Source: Thermoplasmata archaeon
Lineage (GTDB): Archaea > Thermoplasmatota > Thermoplasmata > RBG-16-68-12
Assembly (NCBI GenBank): GCA_036514455.1
Contig: DATBXC010000186.1
Location: 1 to 48,759 of the forward strand
Direction of reading: 5' to 3'
DNA: 48,759 nucleotides
Part shown: piece by piece, positions 45,208-48,759 of the stretch
How positions within the stretch are numbered: position 1 is the first letter of the stretch
Layout: each line of letters starts with the position of its first letter
Program-made: the position numbers and the translations under genes
The notes under the pieces: generated by a model
Database searches by the model: none
Told to the model about the DNA's origin: nothing
Seen by the model: the letters and a program-made list of their open reading frames with translations, nothing else

Positions 45208-45797
45208 GCCTTCTCAACGACAAGGGCGCCGCCTTCGACGCCCGTGATCTTCACCCTCTCCCCCGTCCCCAGGTCCTGTGACGAGACCGCGGAGAGGAGG
45301 GTGCGACCCCTCGCATCCGTCACGACGAGGACCTGACCCCGCGAGCCGGGGTGGACGGGGACCGTGACCTCCCCGTTGTCCCCCACGAGGTCCTTCAGCT
45401 CGTACTTCGTCGTCACCTGGACCGTCCCGAAAAACTTCATGAGGAGGAGGAACAGCATCGCCGTGAACACGACGGCGAGCAGGGCCGCGAAGAACGGGAC
45501 GGCGAGGGCCGGGAGGGCCTGCGCCGCCTCGATGACCGTCCCGAAGGCACCGAAGAACGCCCCGAACGCGAACAAGATCGGCAGGCTCAGCGGGGAGATC
45601 CCCGCGCCGCTGAACTGGCCCGCGTCCGTGGCGACGTCGTGCCCGATGTCCCCCAGGTCCGCGCCGCCGACATCGACCCCTACGTCCGCGCCGCCGAAGT
45701 CGAACGTCGCCCCGAGGCCGCCGGTGACGGCCATGATGAAGAGGAGGATGCTGAACACGACCGTGATGATGATGTAGATCGTCAGGACGTCGACCAT
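45204..45797 (-). CDS. NfeD/YqiJ-like membrane protein with C-terminal OB-fold
   Basis: TM segments, an acidic Gly/Asp loop (FDFGGADVGVDVGGADLGD), and a C-terminal GEVTVPVHPGSRGQVLVV...RVKITGVEG beta-domain. Confidence 0.85.
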   Translation of the reverse strand: MVDVLTIYIIITVVFSILLFIMAVTGGLGATFDFGGADVGVDVGGADLGDIGHDVATDAGQFSGAGISPLSLPILFAFGAFFGAFGTVIEAAQALPALAVPFFAALLAVVFTAMLFLLLMKFFGTVQVTTKYELKDLVGDNGEVTVPVHPGSRGQVLVVTDARGRTLLSAVSSQDLGTGERVKITGVEGGALVVEKA

Positions 45798-45801
45798 AGG
45801 C

Positions 45802-46509
45802 TCACTTCTCCTCTGCGTATTCGGATAGGTCCTTCCCCGTCTCCCGCCAGTCCTTCACGACCTTCCGCGCCTTCTTCGGCGGGAGCTGGACGGTCTCCGC
45901 GGTGGACGGGATTGGCACGGTGCCGCCCGAGGCGCTCGCGGTCACGACCTTCGGGTTGCCCGTGAATCTCGCGCCGCAGTTCCAGCAGAACGCATCCCCG
46001 GGCCAGGAGCGCGCCCCGCAGTATGGGCAGAACCGGGAGGCCTGGGTTGCGGCCGTCGCCTCGGGCGCCGGGGGCGGGACCGGCGTGGGAGCGGGATACG
46101 CCCGCGGCGGGGGCGGCGGCGCGTACGGACTCGGAGGCGGCGGGGCACGCGGCGGCGCGTACGCCTCGGGGACGGGCGGCGCGGGCCGGGGCCCCGGTGC
46201 GGCCCGCGTAGCGGGCGTGGGCCGCGAGCTCAGGGATCCGACACTCGGGCCCTTCGATTCCGGCTGTTCGAAGACGGCCCCGCACTCGTCGCAGGACGTG
46301 GCGTCCACGCTCACGATCGCCCCGCAGTTCGCGCAAACGTATCCCCGGAACAGGACGCCCCGCTTCCCGAAGCCGATGTCTCGGTTCGGGTTGAAGTTGA
46401 GCTCCCGGTCCGAGTTGAAGATGAGGTCCCGGTTGGGGTCGAAGAGGAGCGGGTGGGAGGCGGAGAACTCGAGGGTCCGGCTCGAGTTGAAGTTGAGAAG
46501 GTTCGCCAT
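45802..46509 (-). CDS. double zinc-ribbon protein with N-terminal N-x-x-R-[DE]-L-x-F repeats and Pro-rich linker
   Basis: Zinc ribbons CANCG...CDECG and CPYCG...CWNCG, separated by about 70 aa of Pro/Ala. GGAGGGGAC lies before ATG 46509. The stop is 4 nt from the NfeD start. Confidence 0.7.
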   Translation of the reverse strand: MANLLNFNSSRTLEFSASHPLLFDPNRDLIFNSDRELNFNPNRDIGFGKRGVLFRGYVCANCGAIVSVDATSCDECGAVFEQPESKGPSVGSLSSRPTPATRAAPGPRPAPPVPEAYAPPRAPPPPSPYAPPPPPRAYPAPTPVPPPAPEATAATQASRFCPYCGARSWPGDAFCWNCGARFTGNPKVVTASASGGTVPIPSTAETVQLPPKKARKVVKDWRETGKDLSEYAEEK

Positions 46510-46607
46510 GTCCCCTCCGGTTCCAATCCTCGTTAAACCTGGCCTTTCCCTTTAAAAGTTGTGTATGGGAATCCCGGGGACCCCTCCTTCCCCCTTGTAT
46601 GCGGCGC

Positions 46608-47063
46608 TCAGACCGGGGACCGCTTCTCCTGCTTGACGACGTTCAGGACGACCTGGGTGTACGTCCGCTCGACGTTCTCCATCGCGACGAGCTTCTTGAT
46701 GAACGCGTCCAGGTCCCGCGTGTTCCGGAACCGCGCGACGATCACGCTGTCGTACTCGCCCGTGACGTCGTACACCTCGACGACCCGGTCCTCCCGCGCG
46801 ATCTTCCGCTGGACCTCGAGGAGCTTCCCCTTCGAGATCCGGATCCCGATCACCGCGAGGACGTCGTACCCGAGCTTCTTCTCGTCGAGGATCGGCGCGT
46901 ACCCGAGGACGACCCCCTCCGCCTCCAGCCGCTTCACTCGGTTGCTCACCGTGCTGATGCTCACCTCGAGCTCGCGGGCGATGTCCCGGAAGCTCTTCCG
47001 CGCGTTGTGGTTCAACCGCCGGAGGATCGCGACGTCGAGGTCGTCGAGGAGCTTCACGACCAC
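46608..47063 (-). CDS. Lrp/AsnC family transcriptional regulator
   Basis: GTG 47063 (or 47057). HTH SFRDIARELEVSISTVSNRVKRLEAEGVV followed by a RAM/ACT-like domain. The ORF-track extension to 47594 is antisense to the next gene. Confidence 0.9.
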   Translation of the reverse strand: MVVKLLDDLDVAILRRLNHNARKSFRDIARELEVSISTVSNRVKRLEAEGVVLGYAPILDEKKLGYDVLAVIGIRISKGKLLEVQRKIAREDRVVEVYDVTGEYDSVIVARFRNTRDLDAFIKKLVAMENVERTYTQVVLNVVKQEKRSPV

Positions 47064-47142
47064 GGGCTGCGGGAGCGGCGGGAGGTTACTTAGGCCTTCC
47101 TGCCGCCAAGGTTTGAATAGACTCCGCACCTTCCGTCCGCGG

Positions 47143-47778
47143 ATGATCCGGGCCCGCCTCACCGTGAACGTCCCGAGGAGCTGGATGGCGGAGCTGTGGG
47201 ACCGGTACCGCGCGAAGGTGCGGGTGATCGACCGGAAGCCCGTCGGCCGCCACGGGGTGCGGGACCTCGTCGAGATCCTCGCGAAGGACGCGACGCCGGA
47301 AGAGGTGATCGAGGCGATCCGGCGGAACGCGTTCGTGCAGCGGGCCTCGCTCCAGTCCACGAAGGCGGGGAAGGCCCTCGCGAGCGTCACGACGAAGTGC
47401 CTCGCGTGCTCCGCGCTCGCCGCGTCGAGCTGCTTCCTGGTGCGGGCGACGACCCAGGAGTCCGGGTCCCTCGTGTGGGACCTCGTCGCGGAGGACCGCG
47501 ACGCGGTCAAGGGCCTCGTCGGGAGCCTGGGCGAGGCGGGCGTGGCCGCGACCCTGGACAAGCTCTCGGAGGCCTCGGACGAGGACGCCCTCACGCACCG
47601 CCAGGAGGAGATCCTGCGGGCCGCGTTCGAGCGGGGGTACTTCGACTACCCCAAGAACATCGGCGTGCGGGAGCTCGCGTCGATGTTCCACGTGTCCACG
47701 TCCACGGTGTCCGAGATCCTCCGGAAGGGCCAGAAGAAGGTCCTCCGGGAGTACTTCGGCGGGAAGCGCGGGGGATGA
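47143..47778 (+). CDS. HTH_10 (bacterio-opsin-activator-type) DNA-binding protein
   Basis: ATG 47143 lies 24 nt after a TTTGAATA box. C-terminus is LTHRQEEILRAAFERGYFDYPKNIGVRELASMFHVSTSTVSEILRKGQKKVL. Confidence 0.85.
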   Translation: MIRARLTVNVPRSWMAELWDRYRAKVRVIDRKPVGRHGVRDLVEILAKDATPEEVIEAIRRNAFVQRASLQSTKAGKALASVTTKCLACSALAASSCFLVRATTQESGSLVWDLVAEDRDAVKGLVGSLGEAGVAATLDKLSEASDEDALTHRQEEILRAAFERGYFDYPKNIGVRELASMFHVSTSTVSEILRKGQKKVLREYFGGKRGG

Positions 47779-47832
47779 GCCTCCGCACATGTTCGGCGCG
47801 ACCTTGATTCGGGGCTGGGGTCTCAGGAGGCC

Positions 47833-48048
47833 GTGATGCGACCTGCCCGCCCCGCGAAGCGATCCGCCCGGATCACCGGGAAGGAGGCCGTCCACGACCT
47901 GGCGGAGCGGGACCCGGGCCTCCGCCTCGCGCTGCTGAGCTACGGGATCTGCGGATGCTGCGTCGGGGACGCCCCTCTCGCGGACGCCGCCGCGCAGCGG
48001 GGCGTCGACCTGAAGTCCCTGCTCAAGGAGCTGAACGCGCTCGTCTAG
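47833..48048 (+). CDS. DUF1858-type small redox-disulfide domain protein
   Basis: AGGAGG lies before GTG/ATG 47833/47836. ...LLSYGICGCCVGDAPLADAAAQRGVDLKSLLKELN resembles the hybrid-cluster-protein-associated domain. Confidence 0.7.
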   Translation: MMRPARPAKRSARITGKEAVHDLAERDPGLRLALLSYGICGCCVGDAPLADAAAQRGVDLKSLLKELNALV

Positions 48049-48085
48049 TCAGGCCGATTCGACCCGCGCGGTGATGTCGGCGCGG

Positions 48086-48759
48086 TCAGTACGTGTCCAC
48101 GCCGCGGGCGAGCTGGCGGAGCTTCCCGATCCGCCGGTCGATGGGCGGGTGCGTGGAGAAGAGGCCGGCGAGCCCGCCCGCCCGGAACGGGTTCACGATC
48201 CAGAGGCTCGCGGAGCTCGGGCTGCCGAAGGCCATCGGGTTCTGGCGGTTGCGGTACTCGAGCTGCTCGAGCGCGTCCGCGAGGGCGTCCGGCGCGCGGA
48301 GCGTGTTCGCGCCCTCGTAGTCCGCCTTGTACTCCCGGCTCCGGGAGATCGCGAGTTGCAGGATCATGACGCCGATGGGCACGAGGATCATGCCGACGAT
48401 CGCCAGGAGGTAGAGAAGCGGGGACGTATTCCGGTCCCGCTGGCCGCCGCCGAACAGGGTGTTCCAGAACGCAATCCGCGCGAGGAACGTGAGGGCGCCC
48501 GCCAGGGTCGCCGCGACGGACATCAGGAGGATGTCCCGGTCCTTCACGTGGGCCATCTCGTGGGAGATCACCGCGGTCATCTCCCGCTCGTCCAAGACAC
48601 GGAACAGGCCCTGGGTGACCGCGACGACCGCGTGCTTGGGGTTGCGGCCCGTCGCAAACGCGTTCGGCGTGGCCGTCGGGACCATGTACACGCGGGGCAT
48701 CGGGAGGCCGTTCATCCCCGCCACGCGCTGCACGATGCGGTACAGCTGCGGGGCCTCCG
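48086..48759 (-). CDS. htpX: M48 zinc metalloprotease HtpX (N-terminus outside the window)
   Basis: HEMAHV (HExxH), two internal TM segments, and a C-terminal THPPIDRRI. The reading frame stays open to the right edge. Confidence 0.9.
   Translation of the reverse strand, partial: EAPQLYRIVQRVAGMNGLPMPRVYMVPTATPNAFATGRNPKHAVVAVTQGLFRVLDEREMTAVISHEMAHVKDRDILLMSVAATLAGALTFLARIAFWNTLFGGGQRDRNTSPLLYLLAIVGMILVPIGVMILQLAISRSREYKADYEGANTLRAPDALADALEQLEYRNRQNPMAFGSPSSASLWIVNPFRAGGLAGLFSTHPPIDRRIGKLRQLARGVDTY

Overview
High-GC (about two-thirds G+C by eye) archaeal chromosomal window. Archaeal hallmarks are L15e, a thermosome, CDC48, a JAMM/MPN protein and AT-rich TATA boxes that stand out from GC-rich DNA. 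Several genes look leaderless (TATA 22-24 nt before the start codon), while others have GGAGG-type ribosome-binding sites. The lineage is uncertain; Thermoplasmatota-like euryarchaeote is only a guess. I call about 45 protein genes and one tRNA-Leu(CAG). I saw no rRNA, CRISPR array, transposase or integrase. Layout, left to right: (1) L15e fragment, ThiI-like THUMP protein and TauE exporter. (2) MFS transporter, saccharopine-dehydrogenase-family enzyme and class-III aminotransferase. (3) Three tandem N-anchored surface proteins (6.1-14.0 kb) that share a ~430-aa Trp/Tyr-rich module I cannot assign to any family, combined with Big_2, PKD and CARDB-like domains. (4) PotD/PotA-type ABC importer with a fused PotB-PotC permease, an SDR, and a second aminotransferase + saccharopine-DH + MFS set. 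(5) tRNA-Leu and small hypothetical genes. (6) GlmM, GlmU-like and GT4 sugar-activation genes. (7) JAMM, NAD kinase and IMPase operon, plus a CBS protein. (8) Thermosome-grpE-dnaK-dnaJ. (9) RuvC-like nuclease, wHTH regulator and bactofilin-like protein, all carrying a SHOCT-like GEI(S/T/A)xEE peptide. (10) CDC48, a membrane protein and a PRC-barrel protein. (11) Zinc-ribbon, YqiJ/NfeD and flotillin operon, with Lrp/AsnC and a Bat-type HTH regulator. (12) DUF1858 protein and a partial HtpX. Best candidates for something undescribed: the surface-protein trio with the novel module, the duplicated transporter + SDH-family + aminotransferase modules around the polyamine-type ABC importer, and the SHOCT-linked nuclease/regulator/bactofilin cluster. 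Most long ORFs in the six-frame track that overlap these genes are GC-driven artefacts.
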